Shown here: one piece after another, positions 39,653-49,758 of the stretch
Layout of the letters: each line of letters starts with the position of its first letter
Position numbering within the stretch: position 1 is the first letter of the stretch
Assembly (NCBI GenBank): GCA_044070495.1
Contig: JBIPSI010000002.1
Span: forward strand, 201,945 to 265,944
Length of the DNA: 64,000 nucleotides
Direction of reading: 5' to 3'
Origin: Spirulina sp.
GTDB taxonomy: Bacteria > Cyanobacteriota > Cyanobacteriia > Phormidesmidales > Phormidesmidaceae
Notes under the pieces: generated by a model
Databases searched by the model: none
The model's input: only the letters and a program-made list of their open reading frames with translations
What the model was told of the DNA's origin: nothing
Translations under genes and position numbers: made by a program

Positions 39653-39743
39653 CCAACAACCAACAACCAACAACCAACAACCAACAACCAACAACCAACA
39701 ACCAACAACCAACAACCAACAACCAACAACCAACAACCAACAA
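39653..39743 (+). repeat. Tandem heptamer (CCAACAA)x13, STRR-like
   Basis: read directly; abuts the trmB stop codon. Confidence 0.95.
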
Positions 39744-40385
39744 CTAACCCCCACTTTTCACAAAAATAGCCCGATAAACAGGCAACTCCTGCTCTAGGGT
39801 GACGCGCTCGCGGTCGGTCTGGGCGGGAAAGGGGCTTTCGGGGAGCCAATGGTCGGCGGTGCGGGCCAGTTGGGGATGTTCGCCCAGACGTTCCACCATA
39901 TCGAGGGCGAGTTCTTCGACATCCGACTGGATGATGATGCGGCCTTCCTGGGGCAAAAAATCCACTAAGTCATTGACTAAGGTGGGTTGCAGCACGCGGC
40001 GTTTTTGGTGGCGTTTTTTGAACCAGGGGTCAGGAAACTGAATGGAGATTTGCTGGAGGGGGTTGGAGTCGCCCCAGCTTTCCATTAGTGGACGGAAGGA
40101 GAGGTTGGCGTTGCAAAACATCAGGTGCAGGTTAGAAAGGCCAAGTTCTTCCTTGCGCCGCTGGGACTGTTCCGCCAGGGGTTTGCGAATTTCTAGACCG
40201 AGGAAATTCCACTCTGGCTGAAGCTCGGCCATGGCCATGGCAAACACCCCCTTGGCGCTGCCGATGTCGATGTGCAGGGGCCGCTGGGGATGGGGAAAAA
40301 CCTGGTTCCAGTCGGGTAAATCGATGGGAATCTGGTATTTTTCACTGAGTGGATTAACGTGCTGGCGCACCCGAACAACCGCCAC
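39744..40385 (-). CDS. trmB: tRNA (guanine-N7)-methyltransferase
   Basis: RVRQHVNPL, HIDIGSAKG, GLEIR, IQFPDPWFKKRHQKRR, QSDV. Confidence 0.95.
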   Translation of the reverse strand: MAVVRVRQHVNPLSEKYQIPIDLPDWNQVFPHPQRPLHIDIGSAKGVFAMAMAELQPEWNFLGLEIRKPLAEQSQRRKEELGLSNLHLMFCNANLSFRPLMESWGDSNPLQQISIQFPDPWFKKRHQKRRVLQPTLVNDLVDFLPQEGRIIIQSDVEELALDMVERLGEHPQLARTADHWLPESPFPAQTDRERVTLEQELPVYRAIFVKSGG

Positions 40386-40574
40386 AAGCTGACCTATTTG
40401 GTAAAACTCCAGTTTTCTATCATGCCACAGCCCCCCTCGCAGATGGTTCAGTCCCCCCAGTTGGAGCGTCAGGCTATGGCAGCGTCGCCCGATTTCCCGA
40501 TGTTCCAGACCCCGGATGGGTCGGATGCTCCATCGTCACCGGATGTTGCCCCTACGGCAAGGACTTCGGTGGCG

Positions 40575-41465
40575 ATGACACCCATCTACCCACCGCCGCT
40601 TCAGCCTGGGGATCGCCTTGCCGTGATTGCCCCCAGTGGTGCCCTGCGAGAGTTGGACTCCTTTAAACAAGGGCTGGATCTATGGCGCAGTTGGGGCTTT
40701 GAGGTAGACGTACCCGCTGTCGTGGGGCAGAAGTGGGGATATCTGGCAGGGCGAGATGAAGACCGTCGTCAAGCCTGGATCGAGGCGCTAACGAACCCCA
40801 ACTACAAGGCCATCCTCTGCGCCAGGGGTGGCTACGGCGGGGCCAGAGTGTTGGAGCAGTGGCAGTGGCCCGATCCGCTGCTGCCCAAGTGGTTGGTGGG
40901 TTTTTCGGATATCACCAGCCTGCTGTGGGGCTTGGCGGGGCAGGGCATCGTGGGGATCCACGGGCCGCTGATGACCACCCTTGCCACGGAACCCGCATGG
41001 TCGCAGCAGCGGCTTAGGGACTTGCTGATGGGGCAGCCTGTTCCCTCTATTCGCGGCCTGGGCTGGGGCGGCGGGCGGGTAACGGGGAGACTGCTACCCG
41101 CCAACTTGACCGTGGCCACCCACCTGCTGGGTACTCCCTACGAACCCAATCTGGACGGGGTGATTTTGGCCCTGGAGGACGTTACTGAAGCCCCCTACCG
41201 CATCGACCGAATGCTGACCCAATGGCGCATGATGGGCAAATTTCAGGGGGTGAAGGGCATTGCCCTAGGGCGCTTCAGCCGTTGTGAGCCGCCCGATAAC
41301 GTGCCTAGCTTCACCGTGGAGGAGGTGCTGCGGGATCGCCTGGGGGATCTGGACATTCCCATCGTCTCTAGCCTGCCCTTTGGCCACGATGGCGACAACG
41401 CCGCCCTGCCCGTGGGGGTGATGGCCCACCTCAACGGCGACCAGGGCATCCTGGCCATTCTTTAA
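40575..41465 (+). CDS. ldcA: LD-carboxypeptidase (peptidase S66)
   Basis: VIAPSG, CARGGYG, GFSDIT, HGP, LEDVTE, LPFGH; start uncertain (upstream in-frame ATGs at 40422, 40476). Confidence 0.88.
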   Translation: MTPIYPPPLQPGDRLAVIAPSGALRELDSFKQGLDLWRSWGFEVDVPAVVGQKWGYLAGRDEDRRQAWIEALTNPNYKAILCARGGYGGARVLEQWQWPDPLLPKWLVGFSDITSLLWGLAGQGIVGIHGPLMTTLATEPAWSQQRLRDLLMGQPVPSIRGLGWGGGRVTGRLLPANLTVATHLLGTPYEPNLDGVILALEDVTEAPYRIDRMLTQWRMMGKFQGVKGIALGRFSRCEPPDNVPSFTVEEVLRDRLGDLDIPIVSSLPFGHDGDNAALPVGVMAHLNGDQGILAIL

Positions 41466-41943
41466 GGGCCAAGGCTTCGTGCTTCTCTTTCCTTGGGAGG
41501 ACAATGTTTGCCTACATCGAAAAAAGGTATAACATGCTTAGGAGTATAGTGACCTATCCTCGGCCTAGCGCTCCTTAGGGGGCATTTTCCATAGGATCAT
41601 GGTTGTTGAGACCAACGCTTTCAGGGCCATTTAGGATATCTAGTCCTAGGAAATCTCGGTGATAGGTTGCCTGAGTGTAGCGTCCCTGGAGATTGGGTAT
41701 AACCGTTCTAGGGATAGTATGGTGAGCAATACATGGGTGAGCAGCGTATGAGCCAGCCGGATCCACTCCACAGCCAGCCCCGGAACTCTCCATGGGCGGT
41801 GGGGCTTAGTGCCGTTGGTGCTGGTCAACATGGTCTTTCTGAAAGCCGATTTTCCATGGGTTTTCTGGCTAAGGTCTGCTCTCCTAGGGTTTGCTTCACT
41901 AAATGCCGTCAGTTTTTTGTTTTTCTTGGTCTAACGCCGAACC

Positions 41944-43548
41944 TTGTCTGCTAGTGCCCCTTTGCCACCATCGACCGATGCCAGGGGGTGTTTCGTAAGC
42001 CCCCGGCCATTTTCGGCTGAGGGGGTAGCGTCTTCATACCAAACTGGCATCCGTTGGCTGACGGACGACATGCTGTTTCACTACCAGCGCTGTCATCGGC
42101 GGGCGTTTTTAGATGTTTACGGCGATGCCAATCAGCAGGATCCGCCCTCCGACTACCTCCTCAAGCTGCGTCAAGACAGTGCCGACCACCGGGAGACGGT
42201 GCTGCAAACCTTTCAGCCGCTGCATCGACCCCAGTTTGCCTCCGGAGACTGGGCGGCGGGGGCCAAAGCCACCCTAGATTTGATGGCCCAGGGGGTCGAG
42301 GCCATTCATCAGGCGGTGCTAACCATGCCATCGCCCGTGGCGGGGGTGCAGTTCGTCAGTCGGCCCGATGTGTTGATTAAACAGCCGGGATGGTCGTGCT
42401 GGGGAGACTGGACCTATGCGCCCATTGATATCAAGCTGGGCAAAAAGCCCAAGCTCGACTACCAGGTGGTGGGGGTTTACCATGCCTACGTGCTCTCAAG
42501 GGTGCAGGGGGTGTGGCCCACCCATAGTTACCTCGCCCTGCGCGGTGGCCAACTCTATCCCATAGATCTGGGGCGTCTGGTGGTGAAGCTGCAAGATACC
42601 CTCAACCATTGCCTCCAAGACCTGCGGTCGCCCCAGCCCCCCGAACTGTTTATTTCCCATAGCCGCTGCGACCTTTGCCACTGGTTTGGCCACTGCTACG
42701 GGGAGGCCAAGGCCCAGCGTCACCTCTCCCTGCTGCCCGGAGTGACCCCAGCCCGCTACGACTTTTTGCGGCAGCATCACATCACCACCGTGGAATCCCT
42801 CGCCCAAACCTCCCCCCTTTACCTGGCCCCGCTCCCTGGCTTTGGCGAGGCGGTGGCGGAAAAGCTGATACACCAAGCCCAGGCGTTGATGGGGAATCGG
42901 GCCATTCCCCGCACCGATGCCCGCGCTCCCCATGGGTTTCCCCTATGGCCAGAGGATTTGCCGGAGGGCGAAGTTGAGCTGTTTTTTGACATCGAATCGG
43001 CCCCCGACCAGAACCTGATTTACCTCCATGGGGTGCTGGTGGTAAATCGCATCACGGGGGAAGAAACCTTCCATGCCCTGCTGGCGGAGAGCCATCGCCA
43101 AGAGCGCCAAGCCTGGGATGATTTCCTGGCGCTGGTACACACCTACCCCGACGCTCCGGTCTACCATTTTTGCCCCTACGAGGCCCAGACGGTACGCAAA
43201 CTCGGACAACGCTACGGCACCCATAGCCGCCACATTGAAGCCCTGCTGAGCCGCTTCTTTGATGTCCACAAATGTGTCACCGAAGGCGTCACTCTGCCCA
43301 TCGAAAGCTATGCCCTCAAGCACATTGCCCGCTGGATCGGCTTTGACTGGCGGGATGAAGGAGCCAACGGAGCCCAGTCGATCTGCTGGTACAACGCCTG
43401 GGCCGAAACCGGAGACCGCACCTACCTTGAGGCCATTTTGCGCTACAACGAAGACGACTGCCGCGCCACCTACCAGGTCAAAGACTGGCTAGTCAACTTT
43501 GCGGAACCCTACTGGGAACGCCTCTATGCGGCCCAGCCCCGGATCTGA
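41944..43548 (+). CDS. TM0106 family RecB-like putative nuclease with RNase H-like C-terminus
   Basis: YQRCHRRAFL, SRPD..DIKLG, CDLCHW..C, FFDIE, YALK, YNEDDCRAT; true start probably near 42050-42070. Confidence 0.87.
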   Translation: MSASAPLPPSTDARGCFVSPRPFSAEGVASSYQTGIRWLTDDMLFHYQRCHRRAFLDVYGDANQQDPPSDYLLKLRQDSADHRETVLQTFQPLHRPQFASGDWAAGAKATLDLMAQGVEAIHQAVLTMPSPVAGVQFVSRPDVLIKQPGWSCWGDWTYAPIDIKLGKKPKLDYQVVGVYHAYVLSRVQGVWPTHSYLALRGGQLYPIDLGRLVVKLQDTLNHCLQDLRSPQPPELFISHSRCDLCHWFGHCYGEAKAQRHLSLLPGVTPARYDFLRQHHITTVESLAQTSPLYLAPLPGFGEAVAEKLIHQAQALMGNRAIPRTDARAPHGFPLWPEDLPEGEVELFFDIESAPDQNLIYLHGVLVVNRITGEETFHALLAESHRQERQAWDDFLALVHTYPDAPVYHFCPYEAQTVRKLGQRYGTHSRHIEALLSRFFDVHKCVTEGVTLPIESYALKHIARWIGFDWRDEGANGAQSICWYNAWAETGDRTYLEAILRYNEDDCRATYQVKDWLVNFAEPYWERLYAAQPRI

Positions 43549-43940
43549 ATGGGAGAGGGGCTGGGGGTGTAGCTTGCTTCAAATCTTGCTCCCTGCCACT
43601 ATCCGCCGAAATTCTCCTGGAGCCGGGAGAGCAGACCGTTAAACCCGATCAAGTTTATCAACAGTGGAAACCCTACACCCCGTCCTTGGTAGAGCACAAG
43701 GCTAGCATAGCGTCTGATACCGAACCCTGGATGAGTTGCCACACCAGCGGGATGTGTTCTGCAATGCAGTCTGGCCTCCATTAAATTAAGACCATCTATA
43801 GTATGGGCCAATTATTTCAAAGTACCGCCACAATAACTAACGTAAGCCGCTCTGGCTTGGACGTAATAATCGCCTGAGTCGCGATAATCTAAGCGACGAC
43901 CGCCCCTACCCCCACTTCTTACTCCCTACCCCCAACGCTT

Positions 43941-45470
43941 ATGGTGTCTTTGATTGAAAATCCTCTGCGGGTTGGCCTTCAGCAAGACCGCATCCCGGAG
44001 CCTCAAATTCTGGTGATTTTTGGCGCGTCCGGTGACCTTACCCAGCGCAAAATTGTCCCCGCCATTTACCAAATGCGTCGGGAAAGACGCCTGCCGCCAG
44101 AACTCACCATCGTGGGCGTGGCCCGTCGGGAGTGGAGCCATGACTTCTTTCGGGAGCACCTGCGGGAGGGCATCGAGGAATTTGGCAACGGCATTGGCCA
44201 TGAGGCGGTGTGGGAGGATTTTGCCAAGGGGCTGTACTACTGCCCTGGCGACATTGACAACCCAGAGTCTTACCAAAAGCTAAAAACCCTGCTAGCGGAG
44301 CTAGACGAGCAACGGGGCACGAAGGGTAATCGAGTCTTTTACCTCTCCGTGGCCCCTCGCTTTTTTGGGGAAGCCACGCAACAATTGGGGGCAGCGGGAA
44401 TGCTGGAAGACCCCGACAAACAGCGATTGATCATCGAAAAACCCTTCGGCAAAGACTTGGCCTCGGCCCAGGTGCTCAACCGGGTGGTGCAAAAGGTCTG
44501 CGACGAACGGCAGATTTACCGCATTGACCACTATCTGGGCAAGGAAACCGTCCAAAACCTGATGGTGTTTCGCTTTGCCAATGCCATCTTTGAACCGCTA
44601 TGGAATCGGCAATTTGTCGATCACGTCCAGATCACCGTAGCGGAAACCGTGGGGTTAGAAGGTCGCGCCGGATACTACGAAACCTCCGGTGCCCTGCGGG
44701 ACATGGTGCAAAACCACCTGATGCAGCTCTTTTGCCTAACGGCCATGGAGCCGCCCAACTCCCTGGATGCCGACAGCATCCGTAACGAAAAGACCAAGGT
44801 TCTCCAGGCCACCCACCTCTCGGACATTGACGACCTCAGCCAGTGCGCCGTGCGGGGGCAATATTCCGCCGGGTGGATGAAGGGTCAAGCCGTACCGGGC
44901 TATCGTGAGGAAGAGGGGGCCAACCCAGAATCCACGGTGCAAACCTTTAGCGCCCTCAAGCTCGAAATCGACAACTGGCGTTGGAAAGGGGTGCCCTTCT
45001 ACATGCGTACCGGCAAGCGGATGCCCAAAAAGGTGAGCGAAATCTCCATCCACTTTAAGGAAGTACCCCATCTGATGTTTCAGTCCGCCGCCCAGCAGAT
45101 GAACCACAACGTCTTGGCCCTGCGCATCCAGCCCGATGAGGGCATTTCCATGCGGTTTGAGGTGAAGACTCCGGGCAACTCCCTGCGGACGCGCTCTGTG
45201 GATATGGACTTCCGCTACGATGCCGCCTTTGGCCAAGCCAACACCGACGCCTACGCCCGCCTAATTGTGGACTGTATGCTGGCCGACCAAACCCTGTTTA
45301 CCCGGGGCGACGAAGTGGAAGCCTCCTGGCGCTTGCTCACCCCGCTGCTGCAAGTGTGGGATGCCCCCGCCGACCCCGCCGCCATCCCCATGTACGAAGC
45401 GGGCACCTGGGGGCCAATGGAGGCCGAGTTTCTTTTGAACAAAGACGGTCGCCGCTGGCGCAGGTTGTAG
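43941..45470 (+). CDS. zwf: Glucose-6-phosphate dehydrogenase
   Basis: [41 protein letters not shown]. Confidence 0.97.
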   Translation: MVSLIENPLRVGLQQDRIPEPQILVIFGASGDLTQRKIVPAIYQMRRERRLPPELTIVGVARREWSHDFFREHLREGIEEFGNGIGHEAVWEDFAKGLYYCPGDIDNPESYQKLKTLLAELDEQRGTKGNRVFYLSVAPRFFGEATQQLGAAGMLEDPDKQRLIIEKPFGKDLASAQVLNRVVQKVCDERQIYRIDHYLGKETVQNLMVFRFANAIFEPLWNRQFVDHVQITVAETVGLEGRAGYYETSGALRDMVQNHLMQLFCLTAMEPPNSLDADSIRNEKTKVLQATHLSDIDDLSQCAVRGQYSAGWMKGQAVPGYREEEGANPESTVQTFSALKLEIDNWRWKGVPFYMRTGKRMPKKVSEISIHFKEVPHLMFQSAAQQMNHNVLALRIQPDEGISMRFEVKTPGNSLRTRSVDMDFRYDAAFGQANTDAYARLIVDCMLADQTLFTRGDEVEASWRLLTPLLQVWDAPADPAAIPMYEAGTWGPMEAEFLLNKDGRRWRRL

Positions 45471-45530
45471 CGTCTGTCCGACATCCAGAATTCCCAAAGC
45501 ACCGGATCCCCACGGTACCGAATATCCCCT

Positions 45531-45557
45531 GTAGGGACGGGGTGACCCCGCCCCTAC
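45531..45557 (+). repeat. GTAG-type REP-like palindrome between zwf and opcA
   Basis: GTAGGGACGGGGTGACCCCGCCCCTAC. Confidence 0.75.
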
Positions 45558-45584
45558 CCACCCACCCATCCACCCGAAACCACC

Positions 45585-46934
45585 ATGACTATGACTCCCA
45601 CCGTTGCGCTACAAAAGCCGAAGGACATCTCCATCGATGAGATTGAGTCGGAACTGCGAAATATTTGGCGACAGCAGGAAGCTGGGGCAGCGGCCCCCGT
45701 GGCCACGCGAGCCAGTACCTTTACGATGGTGATCTACGAACCGGAAGAGGTGCAGCAGATCCTCGCGGCCCTGGAGTTTTATCCTGGCCCCATCGATGGC
45801 AACCATGGCCCCCTCACCCGTGAGGCCATTCGTCAGGCCCAAATTGCCTACGATCTGCGGGTGACGGGCCGCATCGATCCGCCCACCTTGGCCAAGGTAC
45901 GCCAGGAATATACCCAGCTTTCCCAGGCCCAGAAGAAGTACAACAACCCCGACCTGCGCGGCTTTAACCTGAGTGAATCTATTTCCGCCCACAACCCCTG
46001 CCGGGTGATCACCCTCTGCCCCACCTTTGGCGAAGATACGGGGGTGACGGCTCAAGTTTCCGCCTATTGCCCGGTGCAAAAGAAAAGCGCCAGCAACCTG
46101 ATCTGCTGCGAATACATCACCCTGCGCGGCACCAAGGCGGCCTTAGAGCGAGTGAGCGATCTAGTGGCATCCCTGATTTTGCCGGAACTGCCCCGGTTTG
46201 TGTGGTGGAAGGCCACCCCCAGCCCAGAACAGCCGATTTTCCAAAACCTGGCCAAATCCAGCAACTGCATCATCGTCGATTCCAGCTACTTCAGTGACGC
46301 CGAGGCCGAACTCCACACCATGCAGTGCCTCGTCGAAGAAGGTATCACCATCGCCGACCTCAACTGGCACCGCCTCGCGCCCTGGCAGGAACTCACCGCC
46401 GCCGCCTACGACCCCCCAGAACGGCGGGAATCGCTTCAGGATGTAGACCGAATCAGCGTGGACTACGAGCAGGGCAACGCCGCCCAAGCCTTGATGTACC
46501 TGGGTTGGTTTGCCAGCCGCCTAGACTGGGAGCCCGTGGACTACACCGAGCAAGGCGGCGTCTACAACCTCAAAACCCTGCACTTTCGGGGGCCAAACGG
46601 CATTGAAATTGAGGCCGAACTGGCGGGCATCCCCGTGGCCGATTCCGGCGAAGTGATCGGCGACCTCACCGGGATTCGGCTGATTTCCACCAACCCCAAC
46701 GCCAACTGCTGCACCATTCTTTGCTCCGAAACCACGGGCTGTATGCGCATGGAGGCGGGCGGCGGTGCCCAGGCTTGCCAAGTGGAACAGGTAACCGCCC
46801 TCTCCGACCAAAAGGCCGACTTCATGCTAGGCCAACAGCTCCAGCGCTGGGGCGAAGATGTGCTCTACGAAGAAAGCCTCGCCATGGTGGCCAAAATGAT
46901 GCGGCTGCTGCAAGGACAAGCCGATGACCGTTAG
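45585..46934 (+). CDS. opcA: G6PDH assembly/allosteric protein OpcA
   Basis: follows zwf; NPCRVITLCP, AYCP, CCEYI, DLNWHRLAPWQEL, CCTILCSE. Confidence 0.95.
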   Translation: MTMTPTVALQKPKDISIDEIESELRNIWRQQEAGAAAPVATRASTFTMVIYEPEEVQQILAALEFYPGPIDGNHGPLTREAIRQAQIAYDLRVTGRIDPPTLAKVRQEYTQLSQAQKKYNNPDLRGFNLSESISAHNPCRVITLCPTFGEDTGVTAQVSAYCPVQKKSASNLICCEYITLRGTKAALERVSDLVASLILPELPRFVWWKATPSPEQPIFQNLAKSSNCIIVDSSYFSDAEAELHTMQCLVEEGITIADLNWHRLAPWQELTAAAYDPPERRESLQDVDRISVDYEQGNAAQALMYLGWFASRLDWEPVDYTEQGGVYNLKTLHFRGPNGIEIEAELAGIPVADSGEVIGDLTGIRLISTNPNANCCTILCSETTGCMRMEAGGGAQACQVEQVTALSDQKADFMLGQQLQRWGEDVLYEESLAMVAKMMRLLQGQADDR

Positions 46935-47085
46935 AGGATGTTTGAAAAGTCCTGTTGCCTGTAGCAACGGTGACGATCCCCCTAAATCCCCCTTAGAAAG
47001 GGGGACTTTTACCCCCCTTTCTAAGGGGGGCAGGGGGGATCGGCGGGTGACTAAAGCTACAGGGGATCCCTTTGCAAACGCTCTC
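46934..47085. mobile_element. MITE (non-autonomous, IS5/IS1031-like ends) carrying an internal GC-rich palindromic repeat
   Basis: imperfect TIRs GAGGATGTTTGAAAAG / CTTTGCAAACGCTCTC, TTA direct repeat at both flanks, inner CCTGTAGC/GCTACAGG and CCCCCTTAGAAAGGGGG hairpins. Confidence 0.72.
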
Positions 47086-47154
47086 TTAGACCATCGGTTC
47101 AGACACCCGATATCTATCTGAGTAAAGCTCCAACCTCATGGGCTGAGGGCAGGT

Positions 47155-48237
47155 TCAAGCTAGGTTGACCCAGGTATTGGTTTCGTGGGCTTGGTGGGCG
47201 GTATCCATCAACCGTTGGGAAAGCACGCCTTCCACAATCGAGGGGGCGGTGGCTTGCCCTTGGTCGATGTCGTTCACCCAGTGGTTGACGACGCGCACAA
47301 AGGGGGCAATGCGGCCATCGGCGTAGGTGGTGGGAAATTCTAGCCGTTCGGGAATTGCTAATTCACTCAGGGGTGCCCCGCCCTGACTGCCCCACAGCCG
47401 AAAGCCGTGGACATAGTCGGTCAGATTATCGCTACCCAAAATCAGGGTGCCCTGGTCGCCGTAGACTTCGACCCAGTGGCCCCGTCCAGCGTAGGTAACG
47501 GAGCTAATCGCCACCTGGCAGGGGGCACCGCAGGCCAGATCAAGGGTGAGGCTACAGGTGTCGTCGGCATCCACAGGTTTGAGGGTGCCGCTGGCGGGGT
47601 CGGGCCGCTGGGGAATGGCGGTACTGAGGCGGGCACTGAGGCGTTCGATGGGGCCAAACAGCCAGGTGATGTAGTCGAAGCTGTGGGAGGCAAAGGCCCC
47701 CAGGGCACCGCCGCCCTGGGATTTTTGGGCGTACCAGTTCCAGGGGCGTTGGGCATCAGCGCGACCGGGCACCGTCCAGTCCACTTTTACAAAGCGCAGG
47801 TTGCCCACATAGCCCTCGGCCAGCAGTTCTGCCAACCGCTGCCATGCGGGTACAAAGCGAAACTCAAAATCCAGCGTTACCACTCGCTGATGCTGCTGGG
47901 CTAGAGCTTGAATTTCCAGGGCCTCCGCGACGTTGAGGGCCGTGGGTTTTTCAAGCAGGACGTGCTTTCCGGCCTGGAGGGCGGCGGTGGCCATGCTGTG
48001 GTGCAAGAAGGGCGGTGTGGCGACGGTAACGGCCTGCACCTGGGGTAGGACCAGCAGGGCATCTACACTATCGCAGGCGTGGGGAATTTGGTGGGCATCG
48101 GCCACCGCCTGGGCCTGGGCTAGGTCTCGGTGGTAGACGGCCACAACCTCGGTGCGATGGTGGGCCTGGAGGCCAGGAATATGCACCTTTTGGCCAAACC
48201 CAGTGCCCAAAACGCCGACGCCTAATGTGGTTGCCAT
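47155..48237 (-). CDS. Gfo/Idh/MocA family oxidoreductase
   Basis: VLGTGFG, VATPP, GKHVLLEKP, GGGALG. Confidence 0.9.
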   Translation of the reverse strand: MATTLGVGVLGTGFGQKVHIPGLQAHHRTEVVAVYHRDLAQAQAVADAHQIPHACDSVDALLVLPQVQAVTVATPPFLHHSMATAALQAGKHVLLEKPTALNVAEALEIQALAQQHQRVVTLDFEFRFVPAWQRLAELLAEGYVGNLRFVKVDWTVPGRADAQRPWNWYAQKSQGGGALGAFASHSFDYITWLFGPIERLSARLSTAIPQRPDPASGTLKPVDADDTCSLTLDLACGAPCQVAISSVTYAGRGHWVEVYGDQGTLILGSDNLTDYVHGFRLWGSQGGAPLSELAIPERLEFPTTYADGRIAPFVRVVNHWVNDIDQGQATAPSIVEGVLSQRLMDTAHQAHETNTWVNLA

Positions 48238-48414
48238 CTGTGCCTTCCTTTAGGATCTATGGTTGTGATCGTGTGGCCTTGTACCCGAGTGCCTGCGACC
48301 GACACGATGCCTAGCCCTTCGCTAGGGTAAGGATAGAATGGGCGATTGCACCATCCGTCCCCAATGGCCCATCCTACAATAGGGCTTGCCCCGCCGTGTT
48401 CCTGGTGCGCTCCG

Positions 48415-49752
48415 ATGAAGATTCCTGTGATTGGCAAACTGCGTCGTCCTTGGCTGTGGCTGGGGGGTGGTTTAGCCGTGCTGGTGGTGGCCGGGGGCGG
48501 GGTGGCTTGGACGCTGGGGCGCAATCGTCCGGCCTACAACATTGCCGACTACACTACGGAAGCCAGCCTTCAGCCGATCACGGTGCGGATTAGCGCCAGC
48601 GGCACGGTGCGTCCAGTACAGACAGTGAATCTCAGCCCCAAAACCGCTGGAATTGTTACCGAACTGTATGTGGAGCAAGGGGATCGGGTGATCCAAGGTC
48701 AGCCCATTGCCCGCATGGATAGCGCCGACCTCGCGGCCCAGGTGGCCCAAAGTCGGGCGGCGGTGGCCGAGGCCGAGGCCACCCTCCAGGACGTGCGCCG
48801 AGGTAGTCGGCCCCAGGAAATTGCCCAGGCCGAAGCCGCCGTTACCGCCGCCCAGGCCCAGGTGCGCGATAGTCAGGCGCGGTTGGACTTAGCCACCAGC
48901 GATCTGCAACGGATTCGACAGTTACAGCAGCAGGGAGCGGTAGCGCGGACGGAACTGGACAACGCCGAGCGGGAACGGCGCAGCGCCCAGGCCGGGATAG
49001 ACCAATCCCAAGCGCGTTTGCAAGAGGCCCAGGAAAGGGCCGACGACCTGCGTAACCTGCCGGAACCCGAAGCCATTGCCCAGGCCGAAGCCCGCCTTGC
49101 CCAGGCCCAGGCCCAGTTGCAATCGGCCCTAGTGCGGTTAGACGATACCCTGATTCGTGCCCCCTTTGCGGGTACCGTCACCCAGCGCTTTGCGGCCATT
49201 GGGGCCTTTGTCACACCGACGACAACGGCCTCCGATGCCTCCTCGGCGTCCTCCACCGCCATTGTGGCCCTGGCCCAGGATTTGGAGGTGCTGGCGGAGG
49301 TGCCCGAAGCCGACATTAGCGTGATTGAGCTGGGGCAGCGGGTGGAGGTGGTGGCCGATGCCTTCCCCGACGAAACCTTTCAGGGTCAGGTAAAATTGGT
49401 GGCCCCGGAGGCGATCAGTCGCCAGAATGTCACCCTGTTTCAGGTGCGGATCGAACTCACCGAGGGCAAGGAACGGCTGCGGTCTAACATGAATGTGGAT
49501 GTAGACTTCATCGGCGACCAACTGGCAGAGGCGCTGGTGGTGCCCACGGTGGCGGTGGTCACCCAGGCGGGGCAAACGGGGGTATTGGTGCCCGGAGATC
49601 GTCGAGAAATTCTGTTTCAGCCTGTTACCCTTGGCCCCCAGGTGGACGATCACATTCAAGTCACCAACGGCCTACAAGTGGGGGATCCGGTGTTTGTGGA
49701 TTTGCCGCCGGGGCAGTCCCTCAATTCCATCACGGTGCGGCAGGAGCGCTAA
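48415..49752 (+). CDS. Efflux transporter periplasmic adaptor (HlyD/MacA-like)
   Basis: TM anchor, ASGTVRP..NLSPK, coiled coil, IRAPFAG, EVPEADI, ADAFP. Confidence 0.9.
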   Translation: MKIPVIGKLRRPWLWLGGGLAVLVVAGGGVAWTLGRNRPAYNIADYTTEASLQPITVRISASGTVRPVQTVNLSPKTAGIVTELYVEQGDRVIQGQPIARMDSADLAAQVAQSRAAVAEAEATLQDVRRGSRPQEIAQAEAAVTAAQAQVRDSQARLDLATSDLQRIRQLQQQGAVARTELDNAERERRSAQAGIDQSQARLQEAQERADDLRNLPEPEAIAQAEARLAQAQAQLQSALVRLDDTLIRAPFAGTVTQRFAAIGAFVTPTTTASDASSASSTAIVALAQDLEVLAEVPEADISVIELGQRVEVVADAFPDETFQGQVKLVAPEAISRQNVTLFQVRIELTEGKERLRSNMNVDVDFIGDQLAEALVVPTVAVVTQAGQTGVLVPGDRREILFQPVTLGPQVDDHIQVTNGLQVGDPVFVDLPPGQSLNSITVRQER

Positions 49753-49758
49753 TTTCCC

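Noticed and set aside
39473..39743. Possible CRISPR array
   Set aside because: Contiguous tandem units with no unique spacers and no cas genes in the window
39422..39849. ORFs with VIGYLLI, PTTNNQQ and LLVVGCW repeats
   Set aside because: Translation artefacts of the heptamer arrays; overlap mobA/trmB
41944..43548. TM0106 nuclease as Cas4 or defence-system component
   Set aside because: Stand-alone among housekeeping genes; common cyanobacterial family with no defence context here
45750..45905. Peptidoglycan-binding-like insert in OpcA (FYPGPIDG..GPLTREAI)
   Set aside because: Known feature of many cyanobacterial OpcA proteins; not novel
46924..47121. 65-aa ORF after opcA
   Set aside because: Reads through the MITE/palindrome; typical spurious repeat ORF
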